A stretch of 64,000 nt of DNA. Origin: the human T2T-CHM13v2.0 reference genome, Homo sapiens. The stretch lies in the NCBI RefSeq assembly GCF_009914755.1, contig NC_060932.1. One strand, 5' to 3'. The position numbers and the translations under genes are program-made. Positions within the stretch are counted from its first letter, which is position 1. The number at the start of each line of letters is the position of its first letter. The notes under the pieces were generated by a model. That model made no database searches. It saw only the letters and a program-made list of their open reading frames with translations, and had not been told where the DNA came from. This document shows positions 13,863-26,930 of the stretch, one piece after another.

Positions 13863-14354
13863 CTTGGAAGCCCTTGTGGATTAGAGCACGATTTGTGGTA
13901 TTTTCTGAACAATGCCAATGTGCAGGCATAGTTCAGTCAACAAGAAGAGCAAAGGGAGCTCACGCTTAGCATAGCAGCACCTGTGTGCCGAGCACCTGAG
14001 CAGCTCTGTGGTGAGGCAGAGGTCTGAAGTTCATTGTTTAACTCTAGCTTTATTTTCTGTGATACTTACCAATGGTTTATTGAAACAAGTTATGTTTCAC
14101 TGATATGTTTGTGACAAAAAGATTACAAATCAGGCTATTTAAGAAAGAAGAGGAAAAAAAAGAACAACTTTATTTTCTGTGGGGCTTTTTTAGTTTGTTT
14201 ATATGTTTTTGTTTTGGGCTTATTGTGTTATAAACATTAATACTACATATCACACAGTTTTATTGTTTCCCATTGAGTTGCTTCAACTAGGAAAATCCCT
14301 CAACTAATTGTAATTGCAGAAATATTTCCAGACTTCTGCCATCTTATTTTTAAA

Positions 14355-14388
<34 letters not shown>

Positions 14389-14438
14389 CTGCTTCCTCCT
14401 CCTCCTCCTCCTCCTCCTCCTGCTGCTGCTGCTGCTGC
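14355..14438. repeat. Compound trinucleotide repeat (GCT)11-TCT-GCT-(TCC)9-(TGC)6
   Basis: Counted directly from the sequence. Confidence 0.95.
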
Positions 14439-15499
14439 TTTTTCTTCTTTTTTTGGTGGTGGCTGTGGTGGGTTTTTAACATATAATTTCAGAATTCAGG
14501 TGCCTAGGTACTTCCTAAGGTCACCTTGAATAAGAGTATGTGAGATTGGGGAAGGTTTTTATAGTTGTCTTTGGAAAACATAATTTCTTTTGTTTTTCTG
14601 TGGACTTTAAGTGGAATCCTTTGCAAATATGCATATTTTTAGCAACAAACAACTTTTTAGTGGTGTTTTTTTTTGTGGCTTGGATGTATGTATCTGTAGA
14701 ATAAATTACCAGCAAAAGGATTGCTAGGTCAAAGGATTCCATACCTTTAAAATAGTAAGCGATGTCTAATTGCCTTCCTAAATGGCTGCTATTTCTTACT
14801 CTTACCCTAACAGAAGTTTATTTTTAGCCTTTTGTACAAAGGTCTCATTAGTGAAAAGTACGCTACTTTTTAAGGAGTTGCTTATCTTTTCCTTATTAAT
14901 TAATACATTTTTTGTGTATTAATCCTTCTGTCTGGCATATGTATTGCTCATATCTTTACTTTTTTGTGTTCAGCCTTTGCATCTCTGTATCTGTGCATGT
15001 ATCTGTATCTTTACTTATAATTGTACTTGCATCTCTATCTGAGGTGTTATAAATAGCCAGACTGTGTGCCTAAGCTAAGAATGCAAATACAAAAATGCAT
15101 GCCAAAGTTTCAGATTTTGACACATTATGTTAGTATTTTTTATACTTTATCTTTCTTCTTTGCTACTCTTAATTTAAATAATCATAATTCACCCATGAAA
15201 AGGTCAGAAAACAAATTTTTATTGAGGTAAAATTCATATAACAAATTCACCATTTTAAAGTGTAGATAATTCTTACATTATATTTTATATGGGAGATTGG
15301 ATGTGTCCATTTAATACATGTTAAAAGCTATAATGTGGACTGTGGAAATCATGATTGAAGGAGCAATTTCATTAGAAATAAATGTCATTAATGACTCTAG
15401 TAAGTTGGAGTCAAGAGTATACTATTCATTTTATTTTAGAAAGCCTTTACAAGAAAGTTTGAATAAGATGATTATCAGATTAATTAAATTAAAAATGTA

Positions 15500-15779
15500 G
15501 GCCAGGCATGGTGGCTCATGCCTGTAATACCAGCACTTTGGGAGGCCAAAGCAGGCATATAGCTTGAGCCTAGGAGTTTGAGACTAGCCTGGGCTACATG
15601 GCGAAACCCCATCCTACAAAAAATACACAAATTTTCTGGGCATGGTGGCCCGGGCTTGTAGTCCCAGCTACTCAGGAGGCTGAGGTGGGAGAATTAATTG
15701 AGTCCAGGAGGTCAGGGCTTCAGTGAGTTGTGGTCACACCACCAAACTCCAGCCTGGGTGACAGGAGGAGACCGTGTCT

Positions 15780-15813
<34 letters not shown>
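15500..15813 (+). mobile_element. Alu (AluJ-like) with pure A33 tail
   Basis: Diverged dimeric Alu; A-run 15781-15813. Confidence 0.92.
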
Positions 15814-15816
<3 letters not shown>

Positions 15817-18087
15817 TATGTAAGTTGTTTTAATAAGTGTGAAAGAATAACTAAATCTTGCTACATCATACTTTTCAGCAGAAACTTTATTATAAAAATA
15901 TCACAGAGCAATCTGTGCTTGTCACAGAGTAAGTAATCTGTGTCAAAGATGAGTGGTAAACCAAATGCAACTAAACTTTCTATTAATATGCATAATGGTC
16001 ATTGATTATATATTTATTGAAACGTTTGTCTTCAACTGCCAGTATGGCAATAACTGATTAAAAACTTTTGTTGAAAGCTGTCACAACAGTTTTGGCTTTA
16101 TGAAAGCATAACATTAAACAGTGGCAACTTCAAATACTCTTGAGACTTCAGATGTTTTACTAAATTGAGTTTATTTTGAGAATCTTAAAGGAAAGTTGAA
16201 GTCTCCAAAACACTTTTATTCAGGTTGGAATTAAGAAAAGTTTGTTGTAAGCAACATTCTTATATTATCTGACAGTTGCATGAAAATTCTGGTCTTTATT
16301 CAAGCTATTGGTTACTGATACAAACTCCTGATTTCAGAGTTGTTTATAGCCTTTTCATATGCCATACACAAATGTACATTCATGCATCTGTACACACACG
16401 TATACACACTCTCTTGCCCCAAGAAAAGATGAAATCTTTCAGGCTTATAATATACGCTACATTAATGTAAGACTCTTTAATCATATCTAAATTTCAGTTA
16501 ATGATAAAAAAATTGAACATTCTACTATTTTATTTAGAAAAATGATATTGAAAGTCTGCTTTTCAACCTGGATATTATTTACATTATGTGCATTTACTAT
16601 CAGGATTCTAAATCTACAAGTCTTTGACTTCCAGCTTAATCTTTTTATTTCACAATAGATGACTTTTAAAAATCTAGCATGTCTAGAATGAGTAGTTCCT
16701 CATGAGGCTCAATTTTAAAAAATAGAGTTAAAGCAAGGAAGGAAGGCATTCATTTTCATGTTGAAAATATTTCTAGAAGGAACATTTCCTCATATGGTCC
16801 AACTATTAAATACAGGTGAAATAACCCAAAAAAGAGAAGCTGATTTTTTTTTGCGGTGATAAAGTAACTGAAGAAATGACTCAAGGCACTTTCATGTATA
16901 AATACATATTTTTATTATTTTTTTTTACATCTCGGTGATATATTTTGATAAGTTGAATACTTTCTATAATAAAATTAATTATTTTAATCTAGTTTATGAA
17001 TGATCTGCATTAAGTGCTCTTTTTTTTAATTATAACTTCATAGTCAGTATAATCTACTGAGAACACTTTTGGCCCTAACAGAAACAGAATTCTGTTCTTG
17101 GATCTGGCTTTGTATGTAACACCAAGTACGTCATTTCTCCTCCATATTTACCTCATTTACTGCAATGTTTCTATTACATTTCAGACTTTCATATGGTGAG
17201 TAGTATCTGTAGCCTGGAAGAACAGTTAGCAAATATACTAATTGCACCTTTGTGGTACGGTTTATTCTCCAGGCTTACTACGTAATTGAGGACTGCTGCT
17301 TAATCAGAGGTTTTACCCACATGGAACTATTTGATAAGGTTGGCATAAAATGCAAGACCTGTAAAATGTAAACAATGTTCATATTATAAGGACCCATAAT
17401 CAAACCAAACCTCTAAGTCATTTGAAAATAGTGCAGCTGCATGAGAAGTAGTTTTCTATTTGATCTTTTGCTATGGATGTAAAAATACTGTCTTTACTGT
17501 GACATCCGTATGCTAATATTTGTTATGATAGTTCATCTCTTTTTTTCTCCTTTTGCTGTCCCTTCTCCCACCTTCCTACTATTTTGCCTTTCCCTCCTCC
17601 CTTCATGGTTATCTTATTCTGGTTCCTTATTTCTCTCACTGAATACCTTATTCTTCTTATGTTTTTCTGATTTTCTTAATTCTGACGTTCTTTCCTTGGA
17701 CTAATCTGAATTAGACCATACCAAGTATGTGAAAATATACTGAAATATACTGAATATACTGAAAACAATACACTGAAATAATATACTGGAAATACAGCTG
17801 GAAATAATCTCGTAGCTTTTGCATTCTTTGGGCACCACAGTTTGGGAAATATGGATTGTATGCCTTTGTAGGCAGGTTCTGTTCAGGATATTTCTTAGGT
17901 CTTGCAGCCAGTCATTTTCTGTTCTATTTTTGGCAGATGGTAGTTCCTTGAGAGAAATTATAAGTTTTAATATACGTTTATTTTAAGACCTAGAAAGTTG
18001 TATATTGTTAACATTTTTTAAACAGGGTTTATACAGCTACTATAGTAGAATCATCTGTTGGAGAATAGAGAGTAAAATGTAAATGTA

Positions 18088-18948
18088 TTTTTTTCATGTG
18101 TCTGTTGGCTGCATAAATGTCTTCTTTTGAGAAGTGTCTGTTCATATCCTTCACCCACTTTTTGATGGGGTTGTTTTTTTCTTGTAAATTTGTTTGAGTT
18201 CTTCATCACTGGCCATCAGAGAAATGCAAATCAAAACTGCAATGAGATACCATCTCACACCAGTTAGAATGGTGATCATTAAAAAGTCAGGAAACAACAG
18301 GTGCTGGAGAGGATGTGGAGAAATAGGAACACTTTTACACTGTTGGCGGGACTGTAAACTAGTTCTACCATTGTGGAAGTCAGTGTGGCAATTCCTCAGG
18401 GATCTAGAACTAGAAATACCATTTGACCCAGCCGTCCCATTACTGGGGATGTACCCAAAGGATTATAAATTATGGTGCTATAAAGACACATGCACATGTA
18501 TGTTTGTTGCGGCACTATTCACAATAGCAAAGACTTGGAACCAACCCAAATGTCCATCATTGATAGACTGGATTAAGAAAATGTGACACATATATACCAT
18601 GGAAGACTATGCAGCCATAAAAAATGATGAGTTCACGTCCTTTGTAGGGACATGGATGAAGCTGGAAACCATCATTCTCAGCAAACTATCGCAAGACAAA
18701 AAACCAAACACCACATGTTCTCACTCGTAGGTGGGAATTGAACAATGAGAACACATGGACACAGGAAGGGGAACATCATACACCGGGGCCTGTTGTGGGG
18801 TGGGGGGAGGGTGGATGGATAGCATTAGGAGATATACCTAATGTAAATGACAAGTTAATGGGTGCAGCACATCAACATGGCACATGTATACATATGTAAC
18901 AAACCTGCATGTTGTGCACATGTACCCTAGAACTTAAAGTATAATAAA
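18088..18948 (+). mobile_element. 5'-inverted, truncated L1PA element
   Basis: 18088-18202 is antisense L1 ORF2; 18203-18948 is the sense ORF2 end plus 3' UTR. 14-bp TSD aaaatgtaaatgta at 18074-18087 and 18949-18962. Confidence 0.93.
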
Positions 18949-19382
18949 AAAATGTAAATGTAATGAATGGGGCCATTAATTTCCCCTTTCATGCCAAATA
19001 GTCCTTAGAAAAGACATTGAATTCACTGTTGAGTTGTGGAAAAAGTGCTGAACTTCAGCCCTAAATGAGAGCATACAGTCAAATATCATTTTATTTAGTA
19101 CAAAAAAGAGAATTAGAACTGATACATCCTTTTACCTTTTTTTGTTTTCTGGGATTATTTATCATAGTTTTAGACGTCATTAGGAGGTAGAACTTTTAAA
19201 GGGGTCTGGGGTTCCAATTTCTAAAGCAATTTTACAGTAGAAGTTATTAAAATTAAAAAGTATCTAGAATAACAGGTTGATATGTTCTCCCATATTGAAT
19301 AGTTGGTGTTTTCCATCTTCAACATTGCAGCCATCATATTTCTTTTGAATTTTCTGACATTTTGGAGCTTAAAGTGATATAC

Positions 19383-19384
<2 letters not shown>

Positions 19385-19424
<40 letters not shown>
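19385..19424. repeat. (TG)20 microsatellite
   Basis: Directly visible. Confidence 0.95.
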
Positions 19425-19426
<2 letters not shown>

Positions 19427-19893
19427 GTATTTAATTATTATTTAGCATGTAAATTTAAATTGCTTTGAGAATTTGTCACTGACTTTGTAATATCCTTCAA
19501 TATATTTGTAGACAACAATGAAGTATTAAGAACCCAAAGCTGAAAAGCATTTAGGAGAAATATGCAGATTGTGAAGTTAGATAAACATTTGGCTTCAATA
19601 TTACTTATATATATTTAATATCATAATTTTTAATGTTGGGAGTGGAGTTGTTTTTCTTTTCTTTGCTATTTTAATTGTGTATTTTAACAGGAAACCACTT
19701 AATGGGTATTAACAGAGTTAAGAAAAGCATCAAAGATTTTTATTTTAAACATGATTTTTTTTCATTTTACTTTTTCTTATTTATTGGTCTTATCTTAATG
19801 TGTCTCTATTCCATTCCCTCAAAGATTTCTCCTTATGCATAAAGTTATGTACAGATCCACAGTGTATTCATGAATCTCCTTCTTTTGTTACAG

Positions 19894-20005
19894 CTAATCA
19901 GGCAGCAAAAGAAGACACTGTGGTTTTGAAGATTGGCTCTGTTGCCATGGCTCCCCAGGCTGACAATCCCCTTGGCAGATCTGTCCTTAGGAAAGATATT
20001 TACCA
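19894..20005 (+). CDS. VPS13B: VPS13B coding exon (~exon 30, 112 nt): ANQAAKEDTVVLKIGSVAMAPQADNPLGRSVLRKDIYQ
   Basis: Acceptor tcttttgttacag|C and donor CCA|gtaagt. Phase 1 in, phase 2 out. Confidence 0.93.
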
Positions 20006-22117
20006 GTAAGTTTATTTTCTTATGTCCAATCTTGCAACAATTTTCATCCTGCAAACACATATAGTGGTCAATAACTTAGTGTGGCCTGTAGAAATATTTC
20101 TCATTCAGGATCTTTTGATATTTAAAACCAGGTTTTTCTGATTTTCTTCAGTTGTGGGTTTTTTAATTCATTCAGACAAATCAAGTATTTCTGTGAAGTG
20201 TTGATGAATAACAGAATGTAAGTACTAAGTCACCATAAAACTGAAGAAGCATAGTTTGGAAAATTTTAGCAGATGTCAAATTTGACCAAATCTCTAATCA
20301 CATAAGAAAACGAGGTCCTCTGTAGAACCACCACATCCTACTGTAGTCATGTTGTATCAAAGTGAAACATTTTATTAATTTAAGTGTAAGCTATTATTTG
20401 AAATGTAGGAATGTGGATGTCATATGGATCAAAGCTATAAAGAAAAGCAAACTTCTAAAGAGAAATTTCACAGTAAACACTTTCTGTGAAAATGCTATGC
20501 TCTGGATTTTGTCACTGAGTATTTGCAAACCACACCAAGCATATATGGACAACTAAACTGGTGAACATATGTAATCAACATGATAAAAATAATATATGAT
20601 TCATACTGAAGTTGGCACTGCTGCCAGACAGAAAAGTACAGTTGCAAATAATACCAAGTGAGAAAAGTCACAGAAATACAGATGAACAAGTGATTTATTC
20701 TTCTTGCTGGTCTGTTTTTCAGATGTTGTAGTCTCACTCTTCTAAAAAATAAATTCCTACTGTTCTCCAGTAAATGTTACTGCTAGGAAAAGATTCTAAT
20801 TTTGGTGATTCATTTACCATCTAGAGGGTGATGGCTATTTTTACTTTAAATAGATCTAGGAACTTTATTTCTCATATTTCTCTGATATTTGAGTTATAAT
20901 TTCTTCCTTTGACTTATGTATGTATGATCTCTTCCTTGTATTTTTTTTAGGTATTTAATAGTATTCACCCCTTAAATAAGTTTTTATGCAGCTAGCTTAT
21001 ATATAATCTTAGGATTTCAGAGCAGAAAGCGTCTTTAGGAATTATCTAACTCAACTTCCCTGTTTTACAGATTAGGAAACTGAATAACCAAAAGAATACT
21101 GTAGTTGTCCCTGGTGAAAGAGTAACAGAGCCAAGATTATAATTCATATCTTTTGACTCCCTTAGGATCTAGGGAAATGATTATAATAGAACATAAATTC
21201 TATATGAGAATACTTTAATTTTCTAACATTTGGAAATTCTTTCAGGTGTCTTTATCTTTTCTACTTCAGAAGTAAGTGGTCCTAAAATAGAGACCTACTT
21301 TACTTTTGGTGAAAGAAATCTAGGTTATATTAAGAGATCCTATCACCATCAGTAAAGTGAACCACTGAGATAATTCCTTTCCTTCTGTACCCTTTCCGCT
21401 TTCTGGCTTTTGCATGAGTTGTATTTTTACTTGCTGGGAACAATTGTGTGAAATTGTTTTTTTAGGGTTTCATTCTGTCTGTCTTGCAACTTTTTTTCAG
21501 TCATCTTTACTGGTCTTCCTCTTAAACAATCTCTTTGCTATTAGTATTTCTTAGGGTCTTCCTTTTATTCTTTTTTTTTGCCCAACTCTTCTTGGGTGAG
21601 GCTCTCTGCTCTTTTGGCTCAGGACAACTTGAATTCTAAGCATGTAGGGTAACTTGGGGTGACCCTGTAGACCAAGGTTAGCAATATGTGTTAGAATGTC
21701 AAATGTAAAATTCTAGATGCTGGATGGCAAACTCAACCTAATAATTTTTCTTTGAAAGCTCACATTCAAGTCATTTCTACATAAACAAACTAACAAAAGG
21801 TATTCATATAAGAGTTTATCAAAAATGTATCAAGATCTCAGTGAAATGCTGTATCATCGATATCAAAGGAGTAACAGCAGAATTAGAAACCACTTTTGAG
21901 TGAATGATCAGAGTGGGAGTAGCTCAGTATAATAAATGTATACACAAAGCAAAAGACCCTGCATACTAGGGCTGATTTTATTATTCCTATGATTTTGTTA
22001 ACCATGAAATCTCAGTGAACTAGATGCAAAAGTCCACATATTATGTGATTCCATTTATTTGAAACGTCCAGAATAGACAAACTCAGAGAGACAGAAAGTA
22101 TATTAGTGGTTGCCAGG

Positions 22118-24360
22118 GCCTGCTTGTGGAAAGGGGAGGGAAGAGTGGGAAAGGACTTTGTCTTGCGGCTTGGGTGCCAGCTCATCCTCAATAGAACAGA
22201 GCACCAAGTAGATTCCTAAGGTTTCTGACTCCAGGCCCTGGCTCCTGGACAGCATCTCTGGATGCATTTGGGAGCTGGGGAACTCACCACTCTGAAGGGA
22301 AGGACACAAGCCTGGTTGGCTTTTCTATCTGCTGATTGCTGAGCCCTAGGGCCTTGAGTGAACACAGGCCATAGCCAGGCAGTGGTTACCACGGGCATTG
22401 GGTGGGACCCAGTGCTGTGCTGGCTTCAAGTCTGACCCAGCGCAGTCCCAATGGTGGTGGCAGCCACAGTGCTTGTGTCACACACACACCCACACCCCTT
22501 CCACAGCTCCAGACAGCTCAGCACAGGCTGTGTTTGTTTGGGAGAAAGTAAGGGAAGAGAGCAAGAGTCTTTGCCTGGTAATTCAGACAATTCTTCGGGA
22601 TCTTATCCAAGACTACCAAGGTGGCACCTGTACAAGTCTGCAAGAGCCACAGTGTTACTGGGCTTGGGTTACTCCCTAATGCAGATATGGCGGCAATGAC
22701 CAAAAACTTAGATCACAACACCCAAGCTTCTTCAAATAACTGGAATTCTTTCCCTAGAAAAATGGGTACAAACAAGCCCAGACCACAAAAGCTACAGTAA
22801 ATACTTAACTCTTAAATGCCCAGACATCGATGAACATTCATAAGCATCAAAACCATTGAGGAAAACATGAGCTCACCAAACAAACTAAATAAGGCACCAG
22901 GGACCAATCCTGGATAGACAGAGATATGTGACCTTTCAGACAGAGAATTCAAAATAACCATTTTGAGGAAATTGAAAGAAATTCAAAATAATAGAGAAGG
23001 AATTCAGAATTGTATCAGATAAATTTAACGAAGAGATTGAAATCATTTAAAAGAATCAAGTAGAAATTCAGGAGCTGAAAAATACAATTAACATACTGAA
23101 TGCATCAGAGTCTCTTAACAGCAAAATTGATCAAGCAGAAGAAAGAATTAGTAAGCTTGAAGACAGACTATTTGAAAATACACAATCAGAGGAGACAAAA
23201 GAAAGAATGAAGTACACCTACAAGGTCTATAAAATGGCCTGAAAAGGGCATAGCTAAGAGTTATTGGCCTTAAAGACAGGCAGAGAGAGTGATAGGAGTA
23301 GAAAGTTCATTCAAAGGGTTATAATAGCAAAGAACTTCTTAAACCTAGAGAAAGATATCAATTCAAGTACAAGGTTGTAGAATACAAAGCAGATATAACC
23401 CAAGGAAGACTACCTCAAGGCATTTAATCATCAAACTCCCAAAGGTCAAGGATAAAAAAGGATCCTAAAAGAAGCAAGCAAAAGAAACAAATAACATACA
23501 ATGGAGCCAGGTACAGTGGCTTGTGCCTGGGATCCCAACCCTTTGGAAAGCTTTACGTGGGAGGATTGCTTGAGCCCGGGAGTTCGAGACCAGCATAGGC
23601 AACATGATGAGACTTCGTCTCTATAAAAAAACTTAAAACTTAGTCAGGTGTGGTGGCACACGCCTGTAGTCCCACTGTTCTGCAATCTGAGATGGAAGAA
23701 TCACTTGAGCACAGGAGGTTGAGGCTGTAGTGAGCTGTGGTTATACCCCCACGCTCCAGCCTGGGGGACAGAGAGAGACCCTATCTCCAAAAACAAACAA
23801 AAACCATACAACTGAGCTCCAGTATGTCTGGCAGCAGACTTTTCAGTGGAAATCTTACAGTCCAGGAGTGACATGACATACTTAAAGTGCTGAAGGAAAA
23901 ACAGTTGTACCCTAGAATTGTATACGCAGTGAGAATATCCTTCATACATGTTGTAGCAGAAATGAAGGTTTTCTCAAACAAAAGCTAAAGGATTTCATCA
24001 ACATGAGACCTGTCCTACAAGAAATGCTAAAGGGAGTTCTTCAATCTGAAAGAAAAAGACATTAATGAGCAATGAGAAATTATCTGAAGGTACAGAACTC
24101 ACTGGTAATAGTAAGTACACAGAAAAACTCAGAATATTATAATACTATAATTGTGGTATGTGAACTACTCATATATTGAGTAGAGAGACTAAAAGATGAA
24201 CTGATTAAAAATAATACTTAGACAGTACAATAAGATATAAATAGAAACAACAAAAAGTTAAAAAGCAGGAGGAGAAAGTTCAAGCACAGAGTTTTTATTT
24301 TCTCTTTGCCTGTTTGTTTGTTTATGCAATCAGTGTTGTCATAAGTTTAAAATAATGGTG
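22118..24360 (+). mobile_element. Old L1 (L1M/L1MA-like) 5' UTR-ORF1 fragment with an internal Alu
   Basis: GC-richer 5' UTR-like segment, then decayed ORF1-like sequence (gatcaagcagaagaaagaattagt, gcagcagacttttcagtggaa, cctacaagaaatgctaaagggagttct). Confidence 0.8.
23505..23803 (+). mobile_element. Alu (AluJ-like) inserted in L1 ORF1
   Basis: Diverged dimer, flanked by catacaatggag / catacaactgag. Confidence 0.88.
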
Positions 24361-24579
24361 TATATTAAATTTGAAAAACAGAAAACTCCTAGGGCACATG
24401 GTACTATTCTTTGAATACGTAGCTGATAATGTGTCATAGGGAGTAGTTCATTCCTTCCAAAGCTAAGAACAGACCTAGGATCATTAAATCAGTGGATGTT
24501 ACAATGACCCTAATTGCAGCTCAATAGAATGAAAATCTTTCAAATTATAAAAGCCTAATAATAAATGGGGCTTTTTGTT

Positions 24580-25700
24580 CTTACTCATTTAACAATTATT
24601 TTGAGGGAGGCTACTGTACATCAGGCACTATTCTAGATACTGGGTGTATGTCAGTTTACAAAAGAAAGAAAAATCCCTGCTCTCACAGAACTTACATTCT
24701 AATGGGAGAGAGAATTACAAGCTAATAAATAAATCATATGGTATACTAGAATTTAATAAGTGACATGGAGACAACAAAGCTGGGAAGGGAAAAAGAAATG
24801 GAGAGTTAGAGATGGACAGCATGGCTTAGTTAGAAGTCACCTCACTGAGAAAGTGCAGGGATCCTGAAGCAGGAAGAAGTAAGAGAAGCCAGTGGTGGCT
24901 GGAGCATTGGGTGCCAGGGGAATTTAGCAGGCTGTGAGGAAAACGACATTATGGAAGATCCATATAGGTCGTTGTGTGGACTTTGGCTATTAGTTTGAGT
25001 GAGACATGGTTGTGGGGGAAGAATTATCCACACATGCAGAATTTTGAAATATGTAATGCTTTTATTATTTACTAAATGTCTGCCTGCAGAAAGAAATGGG
25101 GGGGTGGGGATGGGGATCACCAGCAGGGACTAGAGATATACATTTAAAAAGAGGTTAAATATACGTTTGAAAATAAAGGGAGTCACAATTAAGAACAAAT
25201 GGAAGTGTGACATTCAACCCTAAAAGAATCATGTTAAGAATTATTAATATTTTTGCTACTTGAGTTAACTGAATATATGATATGAATTTCTTTTGCTTAT
25301 TGAGTAGTTGATTTTGTCATCAAATGGAAAGGCCTCAGAGGGTTTGAGCAGAGAAGTGACGTGATTCTTTTTATACTTAAGCAGATTACTCAGGCAAGGA
25401 AGGGCAAGGGAAAGGGAAAAGCTATTGCTGTAATCTTGGAAAAAGATAGTGGCGGCTTGGGCAAAGTTAGTAGCTGTGGAGGTGGTGAGAAGTGGTCAGA
25501 TTCTGGAGATGTTTGAGAGGTAGAGCCAAGAGAATTTGCACATGGGGTTTGAGAAAAAGGATACAAAGATAATTCAGTTATATATGGCCTAAACAACTAG
25601 GAGGATGAAAATAACTGAAGAAGGAAAACCGTAGGAAGATTTGTTTTGGAGGATTGGGTGGGTGGAGATTAGGAATTTATTTTTGAAAATGTTGACTATC
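24580..25700 (-). mobile_element. L2 fragments
   Basis: tcatttaacaattattttgag...caggcactattctagatactggg and ggtggtgagaagtggtcagattctggag motifs. Confidence 0.6.
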
Positions 25701-26820
25701 TCAGGAGTTAATGAGCTCCCCATTTCTGATGTAGCAGAGGCTAATCAGCCACATACAAGGCTTAAGAGGGGTAATGATTTATGTCAAATTAAACCAGTGA
25801 TTCCTAAATTTACTGTGTTTCCAAATCACCCAAGGATCTTGATAAAATGTGGATTTTGACTTATGAGGTCTTGTTTGAGGCCTAAAATTTTACATATATT
25901 CTAGGCTTCTGGGTGATTGGGCGTGATACTGTTACTGTGTTATACTGATATGCCACTTCAGAGGCTACACCCTTTGTAGGAGATGATTAAATCCATTTTT
26001 TTTACAAACCTTTTAAACGGAGATCATTTAAAAAATATATTTTTAATGAATGTTAACAATTTTTAATGCTAAAAATCAAAACACTATGAAAGGTTCTGTG
26101 AGAAACATTAAATATCCTCCATTCTCAGTCTTTCCCACTCTGTATCCGAGTTTGCTCTCGGTGGATTCTTTTTATAGCAACAAAATTTTTGTAAACTTTT
26201 AGTTGATAGTGGTTAACTTTTGGAATCTGTGACTGAGAAAATGTAAAATAATAAAACACTTCTGTTAACTAACACCTTATATGAATTTGTACTTTGTTAC
26301 TCTCAAAAGCATCTGATCCAGTAGAAAACAACAGAACATACATAACATGTTATTTATTCAGTCACTGTGCAATGCGTAGCCCAGGTATGTATTGTCATTG
26401 GCCCTCCCTTAACCCTTTACCTTCTTTACTTGCCTCCTCCTTGCCTGATAATCTACCTGGTTTATAACTGCCAGCTCCTGGATAGGATGATCTCTGTTTC
26501 CTTTAAACTCAATCTGAGATTCTCCTATTCTGTGATGTGTTCAACCATATCCCTGATTTATACCATAGTCCTGAAGCACTGTCTGACCTGAAGTTGTTTC
26601 TTTATCTTACACAACCCCTTCTCCTGAGAAATTTTTCAGGTCCTTGTCTCAAGCCAAAAGAGAAGCAAGAAACAGTTAAGTAAGATGTTATAAAGGCAGA
26701 TTTTTAAAAATTACCTGTGGTGAAAGTGTTTTTTCATAGGCTGATTAGAGATTATAAACAAACGAGATGAAAATATTTAAATATGTTTATAGCTTAAGCA
26801 TATTAATAATTTAATAAATT

Positions 26821-26930
26821 GTCTGATCCAAGTGAAGTGATGTTTACAACTAATTGATCATGACCAGTTACAGATTTCTTCATTTCTTCTCCAATTCCAC
26901 TGCTTCACTTGACTAGCCTTAAAAAAAAAA
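26821..26930 (+). pseudogene. Y3 RNA (RNY3-like) retropseudogene with A10 tail
   Basis: Matches the hY3 pattern (tgtttacaactaattgatca..ccagttacagatttc..ccactgcttcacttgactagcctt). It is followed by A10 and has a degenerate TSD (aatttaataaa / aagttaataaa). Confidence 0.9.

Noticed and set aside
14300-14529. PolyQ/E/A and polyL/P/A ORFs
   Set aside because: These are translations of the trinucleotide repeat, with no splice or gene context.
17731-17808. Short degenerate aatatactga repeats resembling an array
   Set aside because: An irregular ~10-bp minisatellite with no spacers; not CRISPR-like.
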